Both the position numbers and the translations under genes were made by a program. A stretch of DNA of 63,251 nucleotides, counting the filler, from Octopus bimaculoides (taxonomy: Eukaryota), in the NCBI RefSeq assembly GCF_001194135.2. It is 6 parts of 6 records of this genome, joined end to end, with 100 filler letters (N's around TTAATTAATTAA, not from the genome) between each part and the next. Parts side by side here need not be neighbours in the genome. Positions count along the whole stretch, not along the records: positions 42,772 to 54,267 come from NC_068993.1; positions 54,368 to 59,200 come from NC_069004.1; positions 59,301 to 63,251 come from NC_068982.1; 3 more parts are not named here. The stretch is one strand, 5' to 3'. Within the stretch, counting starts at the first letter, position 1; every line of letters begins with the position of its first letter. Below the pieces are notes generated by a model. That model did not search any database and was not told the origin of the DNA. It saw only the letters and a list, made by a program, of their open reading frames with translations. Of this stretch, positions 49,465 through 62,693 are shown piece after piece.

Positions 49465-49868
49465 CTTACTCTTTTCTCTTTTACTCTTTTATTTGTTTCA
49501 GTTATTTGACTGCGGCCATGCTGGAGTACCGCCTTTAGTCGAACAAATCGACCCGAGTACTTATTCTTTTTAAGCCTAGTACTTATTCTATCGGTCTCTT
49601 TTGCCGAACCGCTAAGTTACGGGGACGTAAACACACCACTATCGGTTATGGGGGGGGGGGCAAACACAGACACACAAACATATACACACACATACATATA
49701 TATATACATATATGTGACGGGCTTCTTTCAGTTTCCGTCTGCAAAATCCACTCACAAGGCTTTGGTCGACCCGAGGCTATGGTAGAAGACACTTGCCCAA
49801 GGTGCTACGCAGTGGGAATGAACTCGGAACCAAGTGGTTGGTAAGCAAGCTACTTACCACACACCCAC
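49465..49868 (-). mobile_element. Near full-length SINE family S1
   Basis: Reverse complement of 5930-6340. Confidence 0.9.
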
Positions 49869-50290
49869 ATACTGTTCTATAATATCCTGCTTTGATTATC
49901 CTTATCGATACGTATGATAACAGTTACTTTGTGTTCGATGATCATCAGGAAGAAAGGTATTCCCTCGAGAAGCTATGTTAACCAATCCTTGATGCTGCAG
50001 AACCTTTCTTCCTGCTTGCACTTAGTCGTTTCAAAGTAAGAACCAGTGTGCGCATTTCAAGACGCAGTGGCTCAGCGGGCTAAGACGGATGTGGTGACCA
50101 GCAAGCTGTAAGTTTTACGTTGGAATGACCTTCTCTAAGTTGAATAACTGTATAGGACTGGAAAGCTTCAACTACTTTGGAGTTACCGAAAGGGTGTCAA
50201 AGGTAGCACCAGACCACTAGAGAGACTCCATTCCTTTGATATGCTGTTGAAGTCGATTCACCAAGCATTTCGCCCGGCGTGCAAACGTTT

Positions 50291-50520
50291 CTTATATCTT
50301 TATTGCCCACAAGGGGCTAAACATAGAGGGGACAAACAAGGACAGACAAAGGGATTAAGTCGATTACATCGTCCCCAGTGCGTAACTGGTACTTAATTTA
50401 TCGACCCCGAAAGGATGAAAGGCAAAGTCGACCTCGGCGGTATTTGAACTTAGAACGTAACGGCAGACGAAATACCGCTAAGCATTTCGCCCGGCGTGCT
50501 AACGATTCTGCCAGCTCGCC
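50291..50520 (-). mobile_element. Full-length SINE family S2
   Basis: Near-identical to 26968-27199. Confidence 0.9.
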
Positions 50521-52000
50521 GTCTTGGTAAGTGCAAATACAATGCTGGTAGATACAAAAAGAATGTTTCTAAGTCCAGTACATCTGAAAAAGTTAGGTGT
50601 GCTGAACTACATTTGTACGTTGTTGTTCTGCACTGGGTCAGATTGATAGAACTATAATATGTTAGAAATCGTATCAGCCCTATGTCATAGCTAAAGTGTG
50701 TACTGCCCGGGTCAGCCCTTAAGCTTTCCACTACACATCCCCGGACCAACAGAGCCTATACAGACCCATGCAATAGGCCCCAAAATGCTGGTCCTATAAT
50801 AGTGTAACCCCCTCCTCCAATTAGGCTACGCTTCCAGTCGTGGCTATTTTCTCTGATATTTTCTCCAGAAATCGTGAATGTAAGATTACCAAATTGTGAT
50901 TTCTTCCTTTTTTTTCCATTCATTTATTCTTTCTTTTTAGAACTGTGAATTATGACTTGAGGTACAGTCCGTTCGACGGGTTTTCACACACAGATTCCGT
51001 CTCCCTAATTTAACTGACAAGGCTTGGGTTATTGAGAAGCCACGGTAAAAGACATTTCCTCAAGATGCCCAAAAGTAGGATCGAAACCAAGATCTCGTGA
51101 CGGCGATTTGAACTTTTAAACTATTTAAACACGTTGCGTCTAACAATATCCAAAACATTCTTCAATGTTTGCAAAAACGGTAAAATCTGTTTAAGAGACA
51201 TTTGACTCTTATTTCTGGCCAGTCGAGCGATATCGTAGAGACATCCATACACTAGTAAGGTATTAGTAACGAGTCTTCTTAATTGAAGCTTGTTTTTTTT
51301 TTTGCAACAATTATGAATAATTTGTAATTCTTACATGGTGGATAAAACAATGAACTTCTTTGATGTTCTGTCAAACATTTTAAGTTAAACAGAAGACATC
51401 AATGGAATAAAATTACAAGTTCAAATACACTGTACTCTCAATCCGCGTTCCACTCCCTAAAGACACACTAATACGTATAAAATTCACAGATGTATGTTTA
51501 AATTACGCTTTCATAATCATGTGAATAAAATCATGCATGCAAAAATAAATTTAACATCTAATTGAACGATATTGTGATACGTGCGTACAAGCGATACGTG
51601 CCTGTATTTGCGTATGCATGCGTGTGTGTGTACGTGTGTATGCGTGTGAGCGCGCACGCGTGTACGTGTATGCGTGCGTGCGTGTGTGTTTATGTACAAA
51701 TCGATAGCTCTATATGGATAAAAATACAAAAATTCTAATAAGCTATATTGGAGCTAATCTTTAGTCTCGTAATTAAAATGTATTCATAGTTGTCTTCTTT
51801 CTTGAAACACGCATACACGCAAATACATATACACACACATACAAGCATACATATAACACACACCTATAAACATGGATACATACACATACATATATACATA
51901 CACACACTAGCGTATACTTTGCATATTTATGCAGGCATAGATTTGCATATAGATGTTTGCATGTATGTTCACGTGTGCATATGTGTATATGAAACGGTGT

Positions 52001-52049
<49 letters not shown>

Positions 52050-52378
52050 AGAAAGTGAGAATGAAAGATAGCGAGAACGAGAGGGGGAGAAAAAGAAAGA
52101 GGTGAAAGAACAGAGAGAGAAAATAAGAGAATGAGAAAGGGGTGAGAAAATACAGCATATATGTGTGTGCATTCATATATATGTATGTATGTACACACAT
52201 ATACAAACGCACATACACATGTCTGTATGTATATGCATATATATATGTGTGTGTGTGTGTATGTGTGTGTGAGTGTTTGGGGGTATGTGTGTATGTGTGT
52301 GTGCAGTCATGTCTTTTTTAAGTGTGAACTGCACATATACAAGCATATATATATAGATATACATAGATAATATAAAAG

Positions 52379-52413
<35 letters not shown>

Positions 52414-53294
52414 GTGTGCACGCTCGTGCGCACACCCCTGCAAGCATACGCACACCGTATGGCAACTATACAAATAAACACACACACCGACACGATGTCC
52501 CCGTAGCAAGACTGTTATTTATTTAGTCTGTCTTGCAGTTTGTCCATCAATCTGTCTGTCTGTCTGTTAGTCAGTTTCCTCCATTATTTTTGCAATGTTT
52601 CCACTTCGGTACATTGGTTTTGCTCGTTTGCAGGCCACAGCTGTTGTGTCATGCGCAGTGAAGTCTTATGATCTTGCCATGTCGTCTGGTCAAGATGGTG
52701 CTATTTGTCGCCATTGATAACACATGCTGCGCGTTACCGAAAGCCTCATCCCATCAGGATTCTCTCACTTTAACAATATCTCATACAGACACAAATGTAC
52801 ATACGATCCATCTTCCCTCTTCTCTCCTCCATAAACACATAAACTCATACAGTTATTTTGTTGTTTATGTTTTATGCTAATTTCATTAATTTTATTGTAT
52901 TTTATTTCATTTTTCATTTTTGCAGTCATCTTCATCCACTTTTGCATTCGTCTGCTCCTTCCCTCCCCCTCCTTCTCTTCTTCTTCTTCTTCTTCTTCTT
53001 CTTCTTCTTCTTCTTCTTCTTCTTCTTCTTCTTCTTCTTCTTCTTCTTCTTCTTCTTCTTCTTCTTCTTCNNNNNNNNNNNNNNNNNNNNNNNNNNNNNN
53101 NNNNNNNNNNNNNNNNNNNNNNNNNNNNNNNNNNNNNNNNNNNNNNNNNNNNNNNNNNNNNNNNNNNNNNNNNNNNNNNNNNNNNNNNNNNNNNNNNNNN
53201 NNNNNNNNNNNNNNNNNNNNNNNNNNNNNNNNNNNNNNNNNNNNNNNNNNNNNNNNNNNNNNNNNNNNNNNNNNNNNNNNNNNNNNNNNNNNNC

Positions 53295-53352
<58 letters not shown>

Positions 53353-53450
53353 TAATAATAATGATAATAATAATAATAATAATAATAATGATAATAATAA
53401 TAATAATGATAATAATAATAATAATAATGATAATAATGATAATAATAATG

Positions 53451-53532
<82 letters not shown>

Positions 53533-54218
53533 TAATAATAATAATAATAATAATAATAATTATCAACATCATTTTCATCGTCGTCGTCGTTTTTTGTCGT
53601 TGTGACTGTCGTTCTCGTTGTCATCATCATCATCATCACAACAATCCCAAGTTATTTACATACCACCACCACCACCACCATCACCAGCATATGGTCATCT
53701 CGTAGCGTTTTCCTTTACTTTAATATCGTATACTTTCTGCCGCCATTTCCCATTAATAATTAACACAATACAGGACAAATGAATCGTGTCTTGCCTTGTC
53801 TGCTTGTGCGGTTGTGCACCGTTGAGTGCATGTGTTTGCGCGTGTCCGTGCATATGCCTATGTATGTGTGTGTGCTTCAGGTATGTCTGCATCTCTGCGT
53901 ATGATGTGTACGTGGTGTAGGTTTATGACATAGTTCAGACTTATCATATGTGTGTTTATATATGTATATGTGTATGTATGTATGTGTGTATTGTCGGTTA
54001 TTCGTCGGGGATCACTGACTGAGCAAAATAATGATAAAAGACTCTCCAGACTCGACCATCTCGTTCTTATGTATACTTAGGCACAGGTGGTTAAGGAGCC
54101 GTATGATTAAAAAACTTAGTCACGTATTTATGGGTTCGATTCCACTGTGCAGCATTTTGGACAGGTGTTGAGCACGAAAGTTAATTTTGTATGCATGCAC
54201 GCATGCACATACTCACGA

Positions 54219-54267
<49 letters not shown>

Positions 54268-54455
54268 NNNNNNNNNNNNNNNNNNNNNNNNNNNNNNNNN
54301 NNNNNNNNNNNTTAATTAATTAANNNNNNNNNNNNNNNNNNNNNNNNNNNNNNNNNNNNNNNNNNNNTGTGTGCGTGTATGTGAGTGTTTGTGTGTGTGT
54401 GTGTGTGTGTTGTGTTTGTTCCTTCCCACTACCAAACAGCTGGTGTTGGTTTGCT

Positions 54456-54781
54456 CGTGGCACTCCGTCAGTTACGACGACGAGGGTTCCAGTTGATCCG
54501 ATCAACGGAACAGCCTGCTCATGAAATTAACGTGCAAGTGTGTCCCTTAACGTAGTTCTTGGGGAGATTCAGCGTGACACAGAGTATGACAAGGCTGGCC
54601 CTTTGAAATACAGGTACAACAGAAACAGGAGGAAAGAGTGAGAGAAATTGTGGTGTAAGGGTACAGCAGGGTTCGCCACCTGAGTTTTAGTTGTTTTTTC
54701 ACAACACCCGGTCTGGGAATCGAAACCGCGATCCTACGACCGCAAATCCGCTGCCCTAACCACTGGGCCATTGCGCCTCCA
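54456..54781 (-). mobile_element. tRNA-derived SINE family S3 inserted in an S1 tail, with 12-bp TSD
   Basis: Head ggaggcgcaatggcccagtggttagggcagcgga...ggtttcgattcccagacc; direct repeat tgttggtttgct at 54444-54455 and 54782-54793; S1 tail resumes at 54794-54936. Confidence 0.85.
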
Positions 54782-56189
54782 TGTTGGTTTGCTAACGTCC
54801 CCGTAACATAGCAGTTCGGCAAAAGAAACCGATAGAATAAGTGCGACGTTTGAAATTACGTAGTGGGATCGATTTGTTCGACAACGCTCTTGAAGGTTAT
54901 GCCCAAGTATGGCCACAATCCAGTAAGTGAAACAANNNNNNNNNNNNNNNNNNNNNNNNNNNNNNNNNNNNNNNNNNNNNNNNNNNNNNNNNNNNNNNNN
55001 NNNNNNNNNNNNNNNNNNNNNNNNNNNNNNNNNNNNNNNNNNNNNNNNNNNNNNNNNNNNNNNNNNNNNNNNNNNNNNNNNNNNNNNNNNNNNNNNNNNN
55101 NNNNNNNNNNNNNNNNNNNNNNNNNNNNNNNNNNNNNNNNNNNNNNNNNNNNNNNNNNNNNNNNNNNNNNNNNNNNNNNNNNNNNNNNNNNNNNNNNNNN
55201 NNNNNNNNNNNNNNNNNNNNNNNNNNNNNNNNNNNNNNNNNNNNNNNNNNNNNNNNNNNNNNNNNNNNNNNNNNNNNNNNNNNNNNNNNNNNNNNNNNNN
55301 NNNNNNNNNNNNNNNNNNNNNNNNNNNNNNNNNNNNNNNNNNNNNNNNNNNNNNNNNNNNNNNNNNNNNNNNNNNNNNNNNNNNNNNNNNNNNNNNNNNN
55401 NNNNNNNNNNNNNNNNNNNNNNNNNNNNNNNNNNNNNNNNNNNNNNNNNNNNNNNNNNNNNNNNNNNNNNNNNNNNNNNNNNNNNNNNNNNNNNNNNNNN
55501 NNNNNNNNNNNNNNNNNNNNNNNNNNNNNNNNNNNNNNNNNNNNNNNNNNNNNNNNNNNNNNNNNNNNNNNNNNNNNNNNNNNNNNNNNNNNNNNNNNNN
55601 NNNNNNNNNNNNNNNNNNNNNNNNNNNNNNNNNNNNNNNNNNNNNNNNNNNNNNNNNNNNNNNNNNNNNNNNNNNNNNNNNNNNNNNNNNNNNNNNNNNN
55701 NNNNNNNNNNNNNNNNNNNNNNNNNNNNNNNNNNNNNNNNNNNNNNNNNNNNNNNNNNNNNNNNNNNNNNNNNNNNNNNNNNNNNNNNNNNNNNNNNNNN
55801 NNNNNNNNNNNNNNNNNNNNNNNNNNNNNNNNNNNNNNNNNNNNNNNNNNNNNNNNNNNNNNNNNNNNNNNNNNNNNNNNNNNNNNNNNNNNNNNNNNNN
55901 NNNNNNNNNNNNNNNNNNNNNNNNNNNTATATATATATATATATCCGATTTATAAGGTTTGGAAGAATTGTAAACTGAACCGCCAGGCATTGCTAGTGTC
56001 AATGAGAAATCTTGATTTTCAAGAGATTATACCAGGTAACGGCCATTAGCTGAGGGGCAGCCCCTCATTGAATAGTTCCTAGCAGCTAGTTGCTTCTCTC
56101 TAGTTTAAGCCAGCTGGAGTAGGTTATGTATTTTCGAAGAGAGTAACTTAAAAATTCTTTCCTTCATAAATCTTACAACAAAAGGAAAA

Positions 56190-58835
56190 ATGGTTAGATA
56201 TTTGAAACGGGGTGCAGTTGCGTTATTAGTCGCTGTTAGGTACGTAATTGTCCCTGTTTTTGTTTGTAATGAAATATTTGTTAGTAATATAACTAGAAAG
56301 ATATTTAATATCGACAATAATTTGTTGTTGGGTTGCAAATCTCGTAATGTGATTTATTTAGTTGGTTGCGATGACTGTGACGGGCAATATATGGGACAGG
56401 CGACTCAAGCATTGCACCAACATCTTAACGGACATTGGCGAACGTATAAAGCGGATAGGAATCGATATACTTACGTAGTTGTAGAGTGCAAGTTATAGAT
56501 CAACTGGTGGGAAATGACCATAACGCTGGACAACTGCTTCTAGATAAAGAAACATTTTGAAGTAGAGAACAATGTAGTGTATATTTGCTTGGTTTGAATG
56601 ATAACATTTAAGGTTTAGGAAGTATTTCGAGTAGAAACGATTTTTCACGACCTGTTTTTCAAAGAAAACGTAGTCATGGTCGTAGATTAAACAGGCAGTA
56701 AATCTGAAAGTGAGATTTCCGGGACTTGAGAAAAATTTAATAGATTGTACGAAGGTAGGGAGTATCTCAAGTGTTATGGCTTGTTAAGAACTTGTTCCCT
56801 TTCCTTGATTGAGAAACTTTTAGATAGATGCGATAAAGAGTTAACGGATGTTAGCACGTTGGTTGATAGTTGCTACAATATATTGATTAAAGCGGTGAAG
56901 GACAAAAATGTAACGTCAAAATGGAATGCCTGATGGTAGGTTTCGTTAGTAGCTCCATTGATGATATTTGTTTAAATACAATAATTAAAAATAAGAGGAC
57001 ACAGGACCTTTTGCCAGTTAATGTTAAGTAGGTAAGTATACATTTTAGCTATGGACTAGATGATGGATAATATAGACGACGTTAACAATAATAAGTTTTT
57101 GTCCGACGTCAAGCTAGAAAGATTCAGAAGCGTTTATTTAGAAACACATGATTGCGATAAGTCTGAATTCTGCTATAATGAAGTTTGGCATGTTTATACA
57201 GGAAATTTTAATATTAAAATTGAGGATCTGCGAAGGATCATGATGAAAGGCGCGAAATATAAGAAACCATGTAGAATTAGTCAGCATTGGTTTGAGGAGG
57301 TTATTTTAGAATCGATTATCGATTTTATATTTAAGTTTTAAATATAGAGTTAGACAAAAAGAATTTGAGATCTGGTTGAATACGAGGGTGAACGGAAAAA
57401 TTCGTAGACTGACCAAGATACTCTCATGGAATGTGATCAAATGGAGTTCAGTTTCCAACATCGTCCCCCACCCCTTGCAGTCCACACACTTCTTTCCATC
57501 GGTGTTGCTCGGATCCCATTGGTGCAGAAGCTCTCATCCCGTTTCTCAAAGAAATCATCGACAGCAGAGATGACGTCATCACTACTGGTTCCCAAAGTGT
57601 TTTTTTCATGTTGTGGAACGGATGGGACCAAATCAGGAGAATAGGGACGGTGACTAACCGGTTCAAAACCACAATCGCGCACATCAACCATTGAAACCAA
57701 AGATTTGTATAATGGAGCATTGTTTTAATGAAACAAAATCCCTTTCGTCAGTTTTCCTGGGCGTTTGGCCTTGAGAGCCTTTCGTAATTTACTCTCCATT
57801 GATGGTGTGAACCTTTTGAAGATAGTCAATAAACACAACCCTCTTGCATTCCAAAAACTGAGGCCATGACCTTCCCTGCAGCTGAAGCGAACTTGGTCTT
57901 CTTTGGAGCAGGTGAGGAGGGGTGTTTTCATTTCTTTTTGTTTCTGGTTCAATGTGATGAATCCAACACTGATCCTGGGTTCGGAAACGTTCAAAGAACC
58001 CAGGTAGATCAGTCTCAAACAATGTCAGATTATCCCGCGATGTGATCAGGCTGGTGCGCTTTTGACCAGGTGTCAGAAGACGTGGCATCCACCGAGCAAA
58101 AACCTTCGTCATATAAAGTTCATTGTGCAGAATATTCTCAACTCTCTCACGAGATATGGTAATATATTTATAGTCAGCTGCCTGGCATCCATCACCATGA
58201 AGTGAACACAATGTTGTTTTTGTCGGTGATGGCAGTCGCAAGATGTCCAGACGTTGTGTCATCTTCAAGACTCTCCCTTCCCCTCCTAAATTCGGCTGCC
58301 CCTTCTGCACTGTTAGTAAAGCTGGAGCGACATCCCCTAATCTAGTAACCATGTCAGCATGAATATCCTTGGGAGCTAAATCATTTTTCTGTAGATATTG
58401 GTAACAGCACCATGCCAAGTTTTATCCACTTTCAAGAAAAGTTGCTACTAGTTACTTTTGAAGTCGTTTTTGAACAGTCAGATGTCGGTTTACCTGAAAA
58501 GAAACGATGCAGTTATCAATAAGAAGGGTTGAAATGAATGCGCGCAAGATTTCACAGCTCTAGCATCGCTCCTTCATAGTCAGCCTATGAGTTTTTCAGT
58601 CCACCTCGTAGAATAACAAGTTTTTCGCTGAAACGTATTGGGATTAACCTCTTGATAGGAAGCAAATCAGTTTTAAGTAAGCCTGAGTTTAAGGAATACC
58701 TTAGAGATTTTTATGAGAAGTACGTTAGAGTACCAGCAGATAAAGCGTCAGGGAATTTTGCTATTATTTGATTTAAAAAAAAAAAGACATTGTCTAAAAA
58801 TATTAAAAGTAGGTAGTACTGTGGGTAGTAAAGAT
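56190..58835 (+). mobile_element. Degenerate Penelope-like element with N-terminal GIY-YIG endonuclease (Naiad-type), interrupted by a mariner
   Basis: Order on plus strand: CKSRNVIYLVGCDDCDGQYMGQ..LHQHLNGH (56335-56440), GLNDNI..RKRSHGRR, HDCDKSEFCY...HVYTGN...LRRIMMKGAKY (57147-57260), then after the mariner KSVLSKPEFKEYLRDFYEKYVRVPADKASGN (58666-58756). Confidence 0.78.
57383..58608 (-). mobile_element. Full-length defective mariner (about 1.23 kb)
   Basis: TIRs of about 30 bp (cgagggtgaacggaaaaattcgtagactgac / gtcagcctatgagtttttcagtccacctcg), TA at 57381-2 and 58609-10; ARWMPRLLT, DQCWIHH, NNAP and HRPYSPDLVPS motifs, with frameshifts. Confidence 0.92.
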
Positions 58836-58841
58836 ATAAGA

Positions 58842-59035
58842 AACGCTAGCACGCCGGGCGAAACGCTTAGCGGTATTTCGTCTGTCTTTACGTTCTGAGT
58901 TCAAATTCCGCCGAGGTCAACTTTGCCTTTCATCCTTTAGGGGTCGATAAATTAAGTACCAGTTGCGTACTGAGGTCGATCTAATCGACTGGCCCGTTCC
59001 CCCAGAAATTTCGGGCCGTGTGCCTAGAGTAGAAA
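58842..59035 (+). mobile_element. SINE family S2 (alternative tail)
   Basis: tagcacgccgggcgaaacgcttagcggtatttcg...gagttcaaattccgccgaggtcaactttgcctttcatcc...gggccgtgtgcctagagtagaaa. Confidence 0.88.
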
Positions 59036-59340
59036 CGTATATATTGGAGCTGATCCCGGATCTATTTTAAAACGGGGGCCACATTTTTCATTAATGTTTT
59101 ACGTAGTGTTTTTGGTACGGAAAGACTTTCAAACTTCGTATACTTATCTATTTTGTGTTATAGAACAGAAAAATATTTTTGTATTCGAATTTATTTCATG
59201 NNNNNNNNNNNNNNNNNNNNNNNNNNNNNNNNNNNNNNNNNNNNTTAATTAATTAANNNNNNNNNNNNNNNNNNNNNNNNNNNNNNNNNNNNNNNNNNNN
59301 ATATATAATTGAGATTCAGTTGAATTAGGTACTTAAGCTG

Positions 59341-59613
59341 AAGCACCAACTCAGTGCGGTACTATCCGTACACCTCAAAGTAAGGTGAATAAAATCAAAA
59401 TAAGCAACAAAAGTAAGGAAACCAATTGAATTTAGCCTTAAATGAGATACTTTAAGGAAAGCGCAGCCTTATAGCGATAGTCGATACGGTTGCGAACTGT
59501 GCTCTATGGAAACTTATGAAAATTTTAAGAGCAACCTGGTTAATAATAGATTAGACCTAAGGGTATCATGCGTACATAAGATCACTCGTACATTTAAATA
59601 TTTTCGAAATTAG
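59341..59613 (+). mobile_element. Penelope-like C-terminal endonuclease end (canonical RT-then-EN type)
   Basis: FSLK*DTLRKAQPYSDSRYGCELCSMETYENFKSNLVNNRLDLRVSCVHK...*, matching recalled KW.IL..A.PY...C.LC..E...LLN.R.EL...C.H. Confidence 0.65.
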
Positions 59614-60822
59614 CGTGTATAGGTGCTGCACTTGAACCTGGATAAGTGAAATTAATTTTTAGTGTCATATATGATTTGAACTTATCCCCTAGTATTATAT
59701 AAAATAAGTTATATATATTTTCTTACTATTCTCTATAATTTCTTATTGTCTTTTCTTATTTTGATACCTTTACCTATTAACCTCTTTTCTCTTATAAGTT
59801 ATTAATGTTTTTTAAGAGAAATATAAACTTTCTAGTTACTTAAGTCTAGAAGAGTTGACTATAACATTCCCATAATAAAGTACAAATATTTTTGTATATT
59901 TGCATGTGTGCACATAGTTAAATATGTGAATGTATCTGTGTACAATTTACTTTTTCGATTTTTTTTTCTGATTATAATTAATAGAAAGATAGCATGATTT
60001 ATTGCCCCAGTATTCCGTAAGTTAATACCCAGAGTAATTTTTATAAAAACCACCTTATAAATAAATAATAAAGTACAGATATGAATATTAAACTAATTCT
60101 ATGTAGTCTTCCCATTCTAATGTTGAAAACTGGTATATATACACAGTTTATCTATTCTGGTTATAATATCATTTTTAGTAATCTTAAATTTTATCTTCAT
60201 GCAACATAACAATATTGTTTATATACAATCATCCATTGTACTCCATGATGATTTCCTCTGTATTAACATCATAGGTTTTATTAGCGTCTTGCCCCTTTAA
60301 CTGGTAATTAACATCTTGATTTAGGGTCTTCCATTACCCAGCCTCCTTCATAGACAATTACTTATACATTTCCTAAAATCCTGACAATATTTAAGACCAT
60401 ACCCAACTATAAAATCACTCCTACCCTCCATTCTAAACAGACACTGTTCTCTAGCCTTAGATTTGGTAGTTGATAAAAAAAGACTAATAAATTAAAAATG
60501 AACCATAATCCTTTACAAGCTATGACCCTAACAAACTTCATACTGTTCTTAGAAGTGTAGTATATTCTGAACTACATTAGTATCAACAAGGACTTTTTCC
60601 CACTTCTTGCTCTATTACAGAATTTGAGTATAAGTATATTAATGTGTCCAACTGATTAAAAATTCTATTTATATATGCAGCTGAGGATAGCCCTGCATTT
60701 AAATTGATGTAATGATTGCATTGTTCAGTTACATGGAGCCGCTTGAAACGGTCGTACTGCATCACCTCCTGGTATCCTGTTGCTTACTTTGATTTTATAT
60801 ATGTATATAGATAGAGAGATAG

Positions 60823-60943
<121 letters not shown>

Positions 60944-61428
60944 CAACATGTTTTAAATCTCTGAGCGAGAGGTATACAGTAACAGTACCGGATAGCAATG
61001 TTTATACTCCAACAGAATGTGGCAGTGCTATAAAGGACGATATTACTGTTGTTATAGCCCCAGGAAAACATCTTTTCCAGCTGGCTATCAACACACAGTT
61101 TGTGTCCGTATAGCATTTGCAAGGGCGGTCATCGCTCCCATCTCAAGTCTTACGTGATACTCACAGACCTAGGTTTCTGGATGTTACCCGTCCTCAATCC
61201 TCAAGTTAAAGGTCTGTGAATGGGATAGTGTGACTGTGTGTGTGTCGGTATGTGTGCGTAGACGGAGTGGGAATGGGTGCGTGTGTATACACACACACAC
61301 TCATACGTACGTACATACATGCATACAAACATACAACTAAAATACGCACACAAAAATGATGTGAAAACCATGGGCACAAAATGAAAACGAGAACACAAGA
61401 GGGATAAGTTTTAAAAATATTGAGTTAT

Positions 61429-61464
<36 letters not shown>

Positions 61465-61994
61465 NNNNNNNNNNNNNNNNNNNNNNNNNNNNNNNNNNNN
61501 NNNNNNNNNNNNNNNNNNNNNNNNNNNNNNNNNNNNNNNNNNNNNNNNNNNNNNNNNNNNNNNNNNNNNNNNNNNNNNNNNNNNNNNNNNNNNNNNNNNN
61601 NNNNNNNNNNNNNNNNNNNNNNNNNNNNNNNNNNNNNNNNNNNNNNNNNNNNNNNNNNNNNNNNNNNNNNNNNNNNNNNNNNNNNNNNNNNNNNNNNNNN
61701 NNNNNNNNNNNNNNNNNNNNNNNNNNNNNNNNNNNNNNNNNNNNNNNNNNNNNNNNNNNNNNNNNNNNNNNNNNNNNNNNNNNNNNNNNNNNNNNNNNNN
61801 NNNNNNNNNNNNNNNNNNNNNNNNNNNNNNNNNNNNNNNNNNNNNNNNNNNNNNNNNNNNNNNNNNNNNNNNNNNNNNNNNNNNNNNNNNNNNNNNNNNN
61901 NNNNNNNNNNNNNNNNNNNNNNNNNNNNNNNNNNNNNNNNNNNNNNNNNNNNNNNNNNNNNNNNNNNNNNNNTATATATATATATATATATATA

Positions 61995-62648
61995 TGGGTC
62001 ATCCCATAAATAATGTGGTTTTACAATTGCATGAACTAAAAGTCGAAAGGGGGACGGGATAAACTACCTGTATCAACTTGCTATAAGAGCAGGTATTAAT
62101 TTTACCTTATACTATTCTTAGTGTAAGTTTTGAACAGTGCAGTTTGAACAGTTATTTTTTTAAAGCTATAATGAAAATGACAAAAAAGCAACGGAAAGTT
62201 AATGCAGCATATGGCGATCGGATAATAAGTGTAACCCATTGTCAACGGTATCTCCAGAAATTCTGAACCCAAAACTACAACCTAGAAGATGAGTCTCGTC
62301 CTGCAAGATCTGTAGAGCTCGACAAGGACGTCCTGCAAAACCTGGTTGAACAAAATTCCATCGTAACTGTTGAGAAACTAGCAGAGAAGCTTGGATTTGG
62401 ATATTCAACCATTCTTCGATACCTGCGTGCCATCGGAAAAGTCAGCAAATTGGGTCAATGGGTTCCTCACAATCTTTCCGAGTCTAATTGCGTGCAGAGA
62501 GTGAATGTGTGTTCTTCTTTGCTGTCCCGTCTCACGAATGAACCTTTTTTGGACCGAATAGTGACTAGTGACGAGAAATGGGTTCTCTATGAAAATGTCA
62601 AGCGCTCAAGACAGTGGATAGTGAAAGGAGAAGCACCGGCACCCCACG
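61995..62648 (+). mobile_element. Mariner 5' fragment
   Basis: LEDESRP...LAEKLGFGYSTILRYLRAIGKVSKLGQWVPHNLS...FLDRIVTSDEKWVLYEN (WVPH-L and DEKW motifs); 3' half missing. Confidence 0.9.
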
Positions 62649-62693
62649 TAAGGTGTTCTTATCTGCTTACTTTGAATACTGTATAGATGGTAG

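Noticed and set aside
52630-52730. Plus-strand acceptor-like site followed by ATAVVSCAVKSYDLAMSSGQDGAICRH*
   Set aside because: No recognisable homology and only a weak donor; unsupported as an exon.
59620-60700. Possible second, minus-strand PLE RT remnant (NKTY..EEII, RLHR, GIN, SKLYT, GSSAAPIHAN)
   Set aside because: Motifs are weak, scattered over frames and interrupted by many stops; needs a translated HMM search to support.
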